Shown: positions 44,786 through 55,480 of the stretch, one piece after another
Layout of the letters: each line of letters opens with the position of its first letter
Numbering within the stretch: position 1 is the first letter of the stretch
Source: Tetramitus jugosus
Taxonomy: Eukaryota > Protista > Heterolobosea
Assembly (NCBI GenBank): GCA_937625935.1
Contig: OW569352.1
Coordinates: 548,712-612,711, forward strand
Reading direction: 5' to 3'
Length of the DNA: 64,000 nt
Translations under genes and position numbers: made by a program
Notes under the pieces: generated by a model
What the model was told of the DNA's origin: nothing
Seen by the model: only the letters and a program-made list of their open reading frames with translations
Database searches by the model: none

Positions 44786-45943
44786 TTATTTTTTGGAGGA
44801 CTTTTTTGATTTCTTGGAGGACTTTTTGTCATCGTCAGCATGCTTTCTCTTCTTGCTGGATTTGACGTCCTTCTTCGACTTCTTCTTGTCGTCTGAGCTC
44901 TTCTTCTTCTTCTTCTGCTTTTCTGGTTCTTCTGTGCTTGCAGCCTTTTCATACAGTGGAGCTCTGCTGATCACTGGAGGCAGCACAATGTCTGTCTCGT
45001 TTGGATCATAAGGACCTATTGGCAGATACTTGTGAGTACATACTGTCTCTGTAAGAGTCTTTCTCTTCTCCACAACCTTGGTCAATTGCTCCTTTTGTTG
45101 TTTTAGGATAGATTTGATATCTACGGATGGCACATCGATACACTTCTGAATTCTGAACGCTCTCTTCACAGGTCTTGGATGATACGAGTGAATAGAGTCT
45201 TCCTTTGAACGGATGACTGGCAAGAATTGTTGAACATTCTTCTGAGGGATTTGACGCAGTTGGAAGCCCTTACTCAACTGTGTCCTATGACCCGAGTATT
45301 CATTCTTCGAGTTCTCAGTCACATCCACAGAGCATGTCAATCGATTCAGTTGTTGAATAGGATAATCCTTTGGATACTCAATCAACCATAGTTCCTTGTT
45401 TGATCCTTCCAAGTTCAAGGACTTTAGAGTCGTTGTGGATTTGATTTGAGGCCACGTGTATCCACCGGGAGGAGTTGTTTCATTCTCCATGTCCGATGTG
45501 TATTCATGAGAGGTGTACTTTATGGGTTTGTTGGAGTTGAATGGTAATAGTCGACTATTGGTGGATGATGCACCATTTTCATCACTATCATCATCACTTT
45601 CATCATTGTCGTTTAGAGTTTTTCTTTGGTGATTGTTTTTTTTGATTTTTTCACTGCTTTCCTCATCACCTTCCTCTTCTTCTCCATTGTCCTCTTCATC
45701 GTCATCATCGCTCAACATTTTACCCTTCTTCATTTTGCCATTGCTTTCTTCTTCTTCTTCTTCACTGTCGCTAGCATGACCATTCTCGTCCTCTTGTTCT
45801 TCCTCATCGTTATCACTGTCATCGTCCTTTAGAGCTTTTGTGGTTTTCTTGGTGATTGGTGTTGTTTCTTCTTCGACTGACTCGCTACCGCTATCGTCAT
45901 CTTCGTCAATCTTTTTGGTGACTGCTTTCTTCGATTGCGCCAT
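44786..45943 (-). CDS. RNA polymerase I subunit RPA34/PAF49-like
   Basis: Acidic N-terminus, KELWLIEYPKDYP core motif and K-rich C-terminal tail; ATG at 45943. Confidence 0.65.
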   Translation of the reverse strand: MAQSKKAVTKKIDEDDDSGSESVEEETTPITKKTTKALKDDDSDNDEEEQEDENGHASDSEEEEEESNGKMKKGKMLSDDDDEEDNGEEEEGDEESSEKIKKNNHQRKTLNDNDESDDDSDENGASSTNSRLLPFNSNKPIKYTSHEYTSDMENETTPPGGYTWPQIKSTTTLKSLNLEGSNKELWLIEYPKDYPIQQLNRLTCSVDVTENSKNEYSGHRTQLSKGFQLRQIPQKNVQQFLPVIRSKEDSIHSYHPRPVKRAFRIQKCIDVPSVDIKSILKQQKEQLTKVVEKRKTLTETVCTHKYLPIGPYDPNETDIVLPPVISRAPLYEKAASTEEPEKQKKKKKSSDDKKKSKKDVKSSKKRKHADDDKKSSKKSKKSSKK

Positions 45944-46183
45944 TTTCTTGCTGTTGTTGTTTCTGCTTGTTGTCTTGCGGTGTGAAATTTTTTCGACGCA
46001 GAAAATTCGTTGAACTCTCACCAAATTTATTGAACAGGGACTTTCTGCTCAAACTCCCTGTGCAGAATCCGCTGCTGTACATTGGTTCTTGTTCATGTAC
46101 AGCCACAATATGGTTCCCACCATGATTTATTGTCACAGACGAGTCCAATCATATTTAGTGAGAGATGAGCAAGTTCTTTTGCT

Positions 46184-49100
46184 GTGTCGGGCAAAATCCA
46201 GGAAATCCGCGATGGCATTTACAGAAGCGTTGCGAGAGGAGAACAGAAAAAATTTCACTCAGCACAATTACTGAATAGATCTATGATTGAAAGGATCAAG
46301 TTCGCCATTCAATCTAGACTTCCATGGAACCAGATCTCAACGAAGCCCCGGATAATTGCCATCAATTTATCCTCGCTTCAAACAACAGAGAGATTCCCTT
46401 CGAACCATATCGTTACATCCAAGTATAACATTTTTACTTTTCTTCCGAAGAATTTGTTCGAGCAGTTCTCTAGGTTGGCCAACGTTCTATTCCTCTTTAT
46501 CATGTGTCTACAATTGTTTACTGGACTGTCACCCACTGGTAGATATGGTTACTTGATATCCTTGTGTCCTCTGGTGGCAGTACAAATGTTAAAGGATGGA
46601 GTTGAAGATCTTGTGAGACATTGGAACGATCGGAAAACCAATACTCAAAAAGTTTTGGTGTTGAATAGAAATTCTGGTTTCTTCGAAAGAAGGTCGTGGA
46701 AGAGCGTAAAGGTTGGAGATTTAGTTCAAGTTAATGGCGATGAACAAATTCCAGCTGATATTGTCGCCATTCATGCTAGATCTAGTGACACCGAAGGAAA
46801 GTGCTTCGTTGAAACAAGTCAACTGGACGGCGAGACAAACTTGAAGCAAAAAATGCCTCTCTACCTTTCCCAAAAGTTCTTCACATGCGAAACAGATTTG
46901 TTGGACTTATCTGCAGCGATAGAATGTGATCAACCAAACAAGAATCTATATAGTTTCAATGGTACTGCCACCTTTTACTTGGCTTCATCCACTGAAACCG
47001 AACCTCAGAAGATAGCCATTCTGTATGACAATTTGTTGCTCCGCGGAACGAGATTAAAAAGCACAAAATACATTTATGGAATAGTTGTGTACACTGGTGC
47101 TCATACGAAGATTTTGATGAATAGTCGGGCTTTAGCACATAAGAGATCAAAACTGGAATACATGATTAATATCTTGGTTATTACAATGTTTATCATACAG
47201 TTCACAATGTCAGTTGTTGGTGCCATAGCCGCAACGGTTCTTGGAGAGCAATCAGAAGATCATTGGTATCTGAGTACCCTTTATGACAGAAAGAATAATG
47301 TGGGTTACAGCATTTATGAAGGTTTAGTGACATTTTTTTTGTTGCTGAACAACTTTGTGCCTATCTCTGTTTTGGCAAGTTTAGAGATGACAAAGTTAAT
47401 ATTTTCCAAAATATACATTGATAAGGACGAAGAAATGAAGTGTATCGAGACAGGAATATACTCTTGCGCGAACAATTCTCAAATTCCAGAAGAGTTGGGT
47501 CAGATCAAGATGGTGTTTAGTGATAAGACGGGAACATTGACCAAGAATGTAATGAATTTTAAGAAGTTCTGGCTGCCAAGCAATGAACGATATGGTGTAT
47601 ATGACGATGTTTTGTCAGAGAGAGAGGATAATTTTGTTCACATTTCACCAGAAACTGCTCCTTCGTTTAATGACGACCGAGTAACTGGAGGAAGATGGAG
47701 ACTCCAGGATAATGCTGACCAATTTTTTGACATGTTTCTCTTGTTGGCTCTTTGTCATACTGTTACTCCGGAGATAAAGAACAATGAGTTAGTTTATCAA
47801 GCTTCATCTCCTGACGAGTTATCACTCGTTCGATTTGCGGCAGATATGAACTTTAAACTAATTGCTCGAACGGAACACACAATCACTATCGAATGCTTAG
47901 ATGAGTATACTCAAGAACCCAGAACAGCTGAATTTCAAGTTCTAAATATACTTCACTTCAACTCAGATAGAAAGAGGATGTCAGTTGTAGTTAGAGTTCT
48001 TGACGTATTCAAAGAGTTTCAGAATAGAGTACCCGTTGGACAAATTGTATTGCTCACGAAGGGTGCTGATGAAGTAATGATAAAACTGGTAGATTTCCAA
48101 GACGAATACGAAAGAATGCCTGTCAATGAGGCATTGGACGAGTTTGCCACAGAGGGTTTAAGAACCCTTATTTGTGCGAAGAAAGAATTGTCTGATGAAG
48201 AGTACTTTACTTGGCTTGAGGATCACTTTACACCTGCAAATCTGGCGCTAGAAAATAGACAGGAACTCCTCGATTCTGCTGCTTCAAAAATAGAGTATAA
48301 CATGGAACTAGTGTCTGTATCTGCCATCGAGGACGAATTACAAGATCAAGTAGCTCAAACAATTGAACAATTGAGGAAAGCCGGAATTCAAGTGTATATG
48401 CTCACGGGAGACAAACAAGAGACAGCAATTACGATTGCAAGATCGTGTGCTTTAATTGATGATAATATGCGGTTAATATTCATGACTGCGGATGATTTAT
48501 CAGGTTCAGACAAATTCTTTGATAAGAGAGATGCTTTCATACGATTAAAATCTCGAATTGAGTTGGAGATTGAAGCTCTGGACAAGGCTCGAAGGGTGGA
48601 TCCAGATATCTCAGAGGATATTGCGCTTGTTACTAACGGAGCAACTTTAGAATTGTTGTTTACTCCATTTGATATCGAAATAGAACGTGTGAAGCCAATA
48701 ATTTACGAAACATTCATGGATTTGTGCATGCGTTGCAAAACTGTAGTATGTGCTCGAACATCACCGAGTCAGAAGGCAAAGATTGTTATGCTCGCCCAAA
48801 CGTATGTCAAAAACAACAGAACACTATCCATTGGAGATGGCTCCAATGATATACCAATGATCCAATCAGCGAATGTCGGAGTCGGTATTAGAGGAAAGGA
48901 AGGTTTACAGGCGAGCAGAGCTGCGGATTTTGCAATAGGAGAGTTTAGGTTTTTAGAAAGACTTCTATTAATTCATGGGCGAAACAACTATCGCCGAATA
49001 GCCAAATTGGTTCTGCATACAGTTTATAAGAATGTTGCAAATCAGAGTGTGCAGTTCTTCTTTGCTTTTTTCTCGAGATTTAGTGGCTCAAGTGCCCAAG

Positions 49101-49774
49101 TGGGAATTCTATTGCTTTTGTTCAACTTACTTTTCGCTACAGTACCTATGACAGTTCATTCGATATTTGATAAAGAGTTACCAGATGAAAAAGCCAAAGC
49201 GTTCCCAGAACTATACAGAGAGGGACAAAGAGATATGCACATGAACATCAAGGTCATTCTGTTTTGGATAGCCGATGGTTTTTATCATGGACTTATATGC
49301 TTTTTCCTACCATATGCCATGTTTACGGCAATGCCTATCGATCCATCGAGTGGTAGAGAACTTGATTGGCAATATTTTAGTTTGATTATATCAACGAGTA
49401 TTGTTTTGGTTGTATCTCATAAGGCTGCATTAGAAATGTACTCTTACAATATGATTTCAGTTTTGGCTGTGTTGAGTACATTGCCTATCTGGTTTACGTG
49501 GCTCTTCTTCTGGTTTAGCATTCCTAAGTTGGCTAAGGAGAACAGTAACATGGTTTATGAAGTACTACAATCACCTCTTTTCTGGTTGGGATCCTTCTTA
49601 ACTTCGACAGTCGCGATTTTACTAGATTTAATCTGGAAATGTGTGTCTCGAGCACTTCCATTTTCAAGAAAGTTGTATCATGCGGTCCAAGAATTACCAG
49701 ACGGTTTAACTCATCAAGACATGAGAATCATAATTGAAAAGGAGTTTGATTTGAGAAATTATGCTCTCGAGTAA
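46184..49774 (+). CDS. P4-type ATPase (phospholipid flippase); first ATG at 46283
   Basis: TSKYN..FLPKNLFEQF, LDGETNLK, PIS, DKTGTLT, YQASSPDE, RKRMS, TGDKQETA and GDGSND. Confidence 0.96.
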   Translation: MSGKIQEIRDGIYRSVARGEQKKFHSAQLLNRSMIERIKFAIQSRLPWNQISTKPRIIAINLSSLQTTERFPSNHIVTSKYNIFTFLPKNLFEQFSRLANVLFLFIMCLQLFTGLSPTGRYGYLISLCPLVAVQMLKDGVEDLVRHWNDRKTNTQKVLVLNRNSGFFERRSWKSVKVGDLVQVNGDEQIPADIVAIHARSSDTEGKCFVETSQLDGETNLKQKMPLYLSQKFFTCETDLLDLSAAIECDQPNKNLYSFNGTATFYLASSTETEPQKIAILYDNLLLRGTRLKSTKYIYGIVVYTGAHTKILMNSRALAHKRSKLEYMINILVITMFIIQFTMSVVGAIAATVLGEQSEDHWYLSTLYDRKNNVGYSIYEGLVTFFLLLNNFVPISVLASLEMTKLIFSKIYIDKDEEMKCIETGIYSCANNSQIPEELGQIKMVFSDKTGTLTKNVMNFKKFWLPSNERYGVYDDVLSEREDNFVHISPETAPSFNDDRVTGGRWRLQDNADQFFDMFLLLALCHTVTPEIKNNELVYQASSPDELSLVRFAADMNFKLIARTEHTITIECLDEYTQEPRTAEFQVLNILHFNSDRKRMSVVVRVLDVFKEFQNRVPVGQIVLLTKGADEVMIKLVDFQDEYERMPVNEALDEFATEGLRTLICAKKELSDEEYFTWLEDHFTPANLALENRQELLDSAASKIEYNMELVSVSAIEDELQDQVAQTIEQLRKAGIQVYMLTGDKQETAITIARSCALIDDNMRLIFMTADDLSGSDKFFDKRDAFIRLKSRIELEIEALDKARRVDPDISEDIALVTNGATLELLFTPFDIEIERVKPIIYETFMDLCMRCKTVVCARTSPSQKAKIVMLAQTYVKNNRTLSIGDGSNDIPMIQSANVGVGIRGKEGLQASRAADFAIGEFRFLERLLLIHGRNNYRRIAKLVLHTVYKNVANQSVQFFFAFFSRFSGSSAQVGILLLLFNLLFATVPMTVHSIFDKELPDEKAKAFPELYREGQRDMHMNIKVILFWIADGFYHGLICFFLPYAMFTAMPIDPSSGRELDWQYFSLIISTSIVLVVSHKAALEMYSYNMISVLAVLSTLPIWFTWLFFWFSIPKLAKENSNMVYEVLQSPLFWLGSFLTSTVAILLDLIWKCVSRALPFSRKLYHAVQELPDGLTHQDMRIIIEKEFDLRNYALE

Positions 49775-49828
49775 AGACTTTATGTTTGATACAAAATATC
49801 CATTGTCAGGCAACTCGTTTTCGTGCTT

Positions 49829-50311
49829 TCAAATGCCATCGTCATCATCAGTACCCCAGAGAGCTTTTTGTTCCTCCTCGTTTGCTAAATAATGCTCTCC
49901 CAACACTTGATCCAGTGTTCTGTAAGTAATCTGATCCGATATTCTCTCTTTCCTCTCCTTTTTCTCTTTCAGAGCCTGTCTCGCCTGAGTTAGTCGAAGT
50001 CGTCTTTGCTCTGCAAAAAGTTGCTCAATAGATTTTTCCTGTTCTTGATGTGTATTCACTACTACATTGTCAAAATTTAGTACTTTCTGAATAGCGGAGG
50101 GTTGCACTATGGTTGAGACTTCCTCTTGAAACTTGTCTGAATCTGTATAGAATGCACTCAAATCAGCATCGTTTACTTGTTTGGTCATGCGAACAGATGG
50201 TCGGCTTGGTGTGTCATCGTGCTTTGATTTGAGGTTTCGTCGCGATGGTGTTGCAAGTAGATTCTGTGCTATGTGGGTTCTCATCATTTGTTTATTTCCA
50301 AACAAGAACAA
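49829..50311 (-). CDS. Hypothetical protein (start uncertain)
   Basis: 160-codon ORF with a charged C-terminal helix; non-ATG start in the ORF track. Confidence 0.45.
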   Translation of the reverse strand: MFLFGNKQMMRTHIAQNLLATPSRRNLKSKHDDTPSRPSVRMTKQVNDADLSAFYTDSDKFQEEVSTIVQPSAIQKVLNFDNVVVNTHQEQEKSIEQLFAEQRRLRLTQARQALKEKKERKERISDQITYRTLDQVLGEHYLANEEEQKALWGTDDDDGI

Positions 50312-50565
50312 TATGTCTGCGGAATCGTTTTCTTGAATTTTGCAACATATTGTGGTTGCTTCGTCTGTTGTTTATTCATGGGAAGATGAGACCACTACAA
50401 CCATCACTGAGGCCCAAGACCTTGATTTGGTGAGCTCATTCTTATTCTACTTATTCTTCTTATTCTCTCAAATTTTGACTGGAGACTCTCTCGTCGGAAG
50501 TGAACACAACAGAAGGATTTATAAAAACGAACATTCCAGGAAAAAAGAGATCTATCAACGTTTCT

Positions 50566-51135
50566 TTAATCAGAGGTTTGAGGGACATTCAGTTGGGCAG
50601 TATCTGTCTCTGGTTCTTGTTGCAATGCTGGGCTCCATACCACTCCTTCGGTCTCTGTGTTAATTGCTTCTTTCATTCTATTCTCATAAGTAGCAGCTCC
50701 TCTTTTCTGTTTTATAATAAACCATACGAGAGCCATCAAACAACCGAAACTAACGAAGCAAACTGAACCGCTGGTCGCAAAAATAGTAGCCAACATAGTT
50801 TTGTTTCCATCCGGAGCCAAAACCTCTATGAAAGAAGTACCGACACCTCTTGAAGAGCTAATCACTTGAACAAGTAACTTACTGGTCACAAATTTTCTTC
50901 CAAAGTTTGGAACATTTGTAAGAATTGTCTTTGAATCAACAACTGTAAAAGTATTTGTTGAAAGTGATCCGATTGTGACACTGGTGACATCTACAAAGTT
51001 ATTCCCTCGGATTTCAATCTGGGTACTGAAATCAGCTGAAGATGGTATGATATGTGTCACACTGGCATCAATGTTGTACATTATCTGTCCCTCCAAGTAA
51101 TGGATAGTTGCTGATGAGCCATCTGCACTGCACAC
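50566..51135 (-). pseudogene. C-terminal fragment of a surface protein with IPT/TIG domain and TM anchor
   Basis: VTHIIPSS..IEIRGNNF..VTIG..ILTNVP IPT/TIG pattern plus a TM helix. There is no proper start and the upstream frame is broken. Confidence 0.55.
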
Positions 51136-51449
51136 ACTGATATGGATCCTGATTGTATAAGTTTGTGGTATTGTTGCCGGACAACTAATTTATCCGCTTT
51201 TCTGAAAGAGGACTAGTCCAAAACAGAGATAAGAATTTCCGTCTGGAGAGTTAGGGAGGTCAGCAGCCATTATCGGAAGGAAACGATTGAAAAACAAGTT
51301 ATTTCAATTGTTCAAAACAATTCACTAACATCTGAACTCCCTATATTCAGACCATATGGAATGCCAAAATATGACTTCCTCAAAATTCCATTCTTCATGA
51401 TCGCAGACCAACCCGAAGCCAAAATAAAAAAAATCTGGCATGCCTAACA

Positions 51450-52100
51450 GTAAAACTTGGGTTTTGAAGTTCACCATCATTTTAAGATAATCCAGTCGTA
51501 CGAATACCAAGAAAGTCACACCTGGAACTGTTCCAATATATCCTGGGAATTTCAATGATGAAAGCCGATGAGATGGCACGCATCGTAAAGAATAGACCAA
51601 TCACAGGTATGAATGGGTTATGAAGAGACAAATCGGAGTGCATAATTACCTTTTTCTTGGGTTTGAGCAACAATGAATAAACGGCGGAACGACGGTGAAA
51701 AAATCAATCCAAAAACATCAAGGTAAGACATTCTATTGGTACTGTATTTTAGCATACTGACTGGGGAGTTACAACAAACATAACGGATTCCCCAACCTAA
51801 GGAAATGATTTCCTTCGATGGAGATTTTTTTTGAGAGTCTTTATTGCTTTGGAAGCTCCAGCAAAATGAGGCACAGAGTAAAATTCTGTGAGACAGTGAA
51901 ATAGTGATTATTCCAATTTGAATCGTGTTTAGAGGCGAAACACCAGACCCAATCCATCAGAAATCCAGAGTAGCGCTTTTTCTGAATGACAATTCAGTTT
52001 TACGAATGGACTGAAATCCTTGGGAACTCTAGGAACCTTTATGCACTCTTGAGAAGGTTTTCACTCAGTGGTTGGTTGAATTTTACGATATATCAACTAC
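51450..52100 (-). pseudogene. Possible highly decayed tyrosine recombinase remnant
   Basis: Frameshifted fragments KRYSGF, HYFTVSQNF and FFTMRAISSAFI fall in the same order as GRHVGW, HLYLVAQNV and RYTMRSLRSGHI in the intact YR. By-eye match only. Confidence 0.3.
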
Positions 52101-53635
52101 ATCAACTCTTCTTCTGTCAATGAATCGTAACGATATATACAGATATCATTCAATTTTCTATTTGCTGAATTGGATTCGAATATGGTTATAGGATCCATTG
52201 ATTGACCATCATTCGATTCCAGTTATCCTAGATCTACAACAGGTTGTATCACAGTTCCAGCTGCTTCACTGTCCTCTTGTTCATTCTGCAAAGCATTTTT
52301 GCTCGAGAAATGCTGGGTGATCTATCGATCATAGAGTTTCACCTTCCAGTTGACAAAGTTAATGTATCACCTCGAGAATGAAGACCAGAAGAACATAGCT
52401 CATTGAACAAGAATATATTGCATGATGGTCAATCAATGGATGAAACAAGACACATGGCTATTCTGAACAACAAAGGATCCATTCACCTGGACCTAATACT
52501 GCGAGTGGTAATTGTTATATTGTGAGAGATAATGAGCACGAAGATCAGGCAACAATTGTTCAAATTCTATTGAAGAAGAACAAGCGATACTTGATCTGTA
52601 ATTGTGAGGAAAAAAATGTCTGGTCTGTTTGGGAATTCTATGATTTTTGGGCTATGCAGATTGATATTTGAGTCGATTATCCATTCAGTTTACCAATTGG
52701 TAAAATCATTGAGTCTGCGAAAACAAAAAACACAAGAAGAGGGAAGAAGAAGAATCGGGAGAGGCGTAAGGATAGAAAAGATACTAAGTATCATGATAAG
52801 CGTCAATCTAAGATAGATTTCATGGACAAAGTAGATCATGCGTGTGAAGATGATGTGGAGCTGATGGAGATGATTCTGAATCTGATTCTGGTAATTCTGA
52901 TTCTGATGATGAGAGTGATACTGATATGGATAATGATTTCAACAAAGGAGATTGTCATCATCTAGAACGTCTACTCACAAGAGTCAATGTGCACCATCTA
53001 CTAGTTCAAATTCTGCTACAGTGAAAAAATCAAACAGGAAGAATTTGATCAGCAATGATGGATCTAAGGTTCAATCTGAGAGCAATAATGATTAGTGAAG
53101 ATAAGGGATAGCTCTCTTCATATCTGATTTCAATCTTTCTTTGAGTACACCATACTGGCTCTCTATTTGGGTTTTCAAAGTGTCAACAAGGGTTCTTGAC
53201 TAACTGAACAGTAGATCTTCATTGACAACTAGTTCGACCAGAGCTTGAGAATCCGAGATATGATTGCATTCTGTAGGCTCCTTTGTGGATCTCTTGGATT
53301 AACAATCCCATGCAGTCTTTCTAGATGAACAATCAAGCGATTGGTACTACCATTACCTTTATTCATAGATAATACCAGGATTGACAGTCTTGGATTTTAC
53401 ATCGAACATAGTATCTTTCGTTTTCTTGCACTCTCCATATGTTCCCAGACGAAACTTCAGTTTAATTTTCTTTCTGGCTTTATTCGTGAGTGAGATGTTG
53501 TTGTTAGTTGTGATATATTTACGTGCAACACAGGTATTCGGGCTGGACGCAAATCTAGTGCGGTTCCTAAACATGAGCACTCTACACAACTTTATTATTT
53601 ATACTAAAAGTCAACTGCCCTGCACAAAAGTTTTG

Positions 53636-53765
53636 AACCTCGGAAGGTTGCAATTGCCATTGGGCCAATTAAATGGTCCTTAGGACCATTTCAATTGGCC
53701 GTTGGTGAATTGCCATTGCAGTTGAAGCCGTACCCCGTACGGTTATCCACTACACTCCTCGTGGT
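53636..53765 (-). other. Cluster of hairpins immediately 3' of the Penelope-like ORF
   Basis: GGCCAATT-AAATGGTCCT-T-AGGACCATTT-C-AATTGGCC long stem, plus AACCT-CGGA-AGGTT, CCGTAC-CCC-GTACGG and CCAC..GTGG stems. Confidence 0.7.
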
Positions 53766-55480
53766 TCAGTACTTGTAGTCCATGCTGTCAAGTTTGCGTT
53801 TCTTGATGCGGGGTGCACTCTGCATTAATGTGCAACCTGTTGTATCTCTCACTCTCTTAGATACAACAGTTGTATTCACATTGCAGGAGTCCCATGTGGA
53901 CTGTGAAGGAGTTGCTTTCTGTCTTTTAGCCATTGCGGCTTCGACAGCCTCCTTTTCCCTCAAATACCTCTTGTTCTGGGTCTTGGGTGGGTTTGGGCGC
54001 GGGCGCGTTGCTGACTTCCCCTTTCCGAAAATGATCGGATCAGTCGTTGTGCAGCAAATGAAGTACGCTGCCAACGACGTTTGTGATTACCAACAACAAC
54101 GTCCATTAGTTTCCTAGCTTCTTTTTATCTTCGTTTGGCATTGGATCACATTGTTGCACCCAAGTGTTGAATTTGGTTTTGCATGTGTGCAGCACTTCTC
54201 TGATGTTGGGAAGTATGACATTTGCAAATGACCAATTCCTTTGGCAAATCAATCTCATTGAAGAGAGAAATGGCATTGATCAATTGTCGATAATTGATGC
54301 CACTGCCAGAGTGAAACACTTTCCAAATTGGTGGAATGTTTGGTTTGTGTTGCAAGTCCAACTTTTGTTGGTACTTGTTCACTCTAGCTTGCCAGTCAAT
54401 AGGTTTGCAGTATCGTTCAACGAGTGCAAAGTAATTGTTCTTTGTGAACATTCGTTGTATGAAGTGGTGGTCATGTCCTCTTCTTAGACGAGAGGTAAAC
54501 AATGTTCGCATTGAATCAAATTGTTTGAAATGATCAACAAGGCGAGCGTATCTCACCCGTGATAAAACCTTTCCTTGCTGCAAAGGAAGACGCTGATTTG
54601 TACATGGAGTACATGTACTTGTTCAATGGTTTCTGGTAAACATTGAAGCAAAAGCGCCGTAATGGAACTGCCTAGTTCACGTAGTATTTTTCCAATTGGA
54701 TGTGCAAATCCAGGAAAACATTGCGATCTGCTTTGCAGAGTTTTAGATCCGAACCATTGTATGTTAACAATAGTAGGTATGCACTCTTTTGTGCACGCAA
54801 TGAAGAGGTCGTCGATGTATCTCACAACAATGCAGTGAGATCTGTTGACCTTGATGAGGTGTTGCAACTCATATGCAAGTAACACAAGGTTGGCTAATTC
54901 CGGTGCACAGTTTGTGCCCATTGGAAGGCCAATTACTTGCTTGAAAATGGTATTGTTCAATTCCTCACATCTGATGTACGTGCAGGTTAGCACGAAGTGC
55001 AACAACAATTTCATTGCACCAATTTCTTGTGTTGTCCAAGTGTTTGGTTCTAGTTTTTGCATCATTTCAAAAATGTACTCCATGTTTGATTTGATGATGT
55101 CATGTCTCAAATTGGTGTACAATGCAGTGAAGTCATAGCTGTGGGTTTGTAGCTTTGGATGCACTCTAAATTCCCACGTTGCTCCGTTTTGTAAACACCA
55201 TCTGTTAAGGACCAGTTTCGCCTCATATGAGGATGAAACAATAGGCATTACTGGTAGTAACCCTTGGGAATGGATAATTCATTGATCTCCTCAATTTGGT
55301 TGTACGCAGGTGTTCACCCATAGTTGGAGTCTTGTCTGTATTCATTTGTTGTATGTAAAAATTTTTCAAAATGTGGTTGATTGTCATCAAAACAATTTTC
55401 ACCAGGGGCGGAAAAAATTATGGTTTACAATCTTTTATTGTCCGGTAGCCTCATTAATTTGTGCACAACCACCTGGTCGT
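53766..55480 (-). mobile_element. Decayed, 5'-truncated Penelope-like retroelement (PLE) reverse transcriptase; no endonuclease visible
   Basis: VVHK..R; SYDFTALYTNLRHD; FKQVIGLPMGTNCAPELANLVLLAYE; RYIDDLF; then in shifted frames VFLDLHI, YQKPLNKYMY, KGFITGE..RYARL and SRLRRGH (PLE thumb). Several frameshifts and stops. Confidence 0.88.

Noticed and set aside
309-45943. Trinucleotide runs (AAC, GAT, TCA, ACC) as repeat arrays or CRISPR
   Set aside because: They are microsatellite-like tracts, mostly encoding homopeptides, with no repeat-spacer structure.
1463-49774. The many 60-150 aa antisense or alternate-frame ORFs
   Set aside because: They are shadows of long ORFs with recognisable domains and have no motifs of their own.
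52160-52185. GGATTCGAA as a duplicated tRNA 3' fragment (attR)
   Set aside because: Only about 9 nt match, which is expected by chance.
53636-53765. SECIS element in the PLE 3' hairpin
   Set aside because: There is no AUGA/GA quartet or apical AA arrangement.
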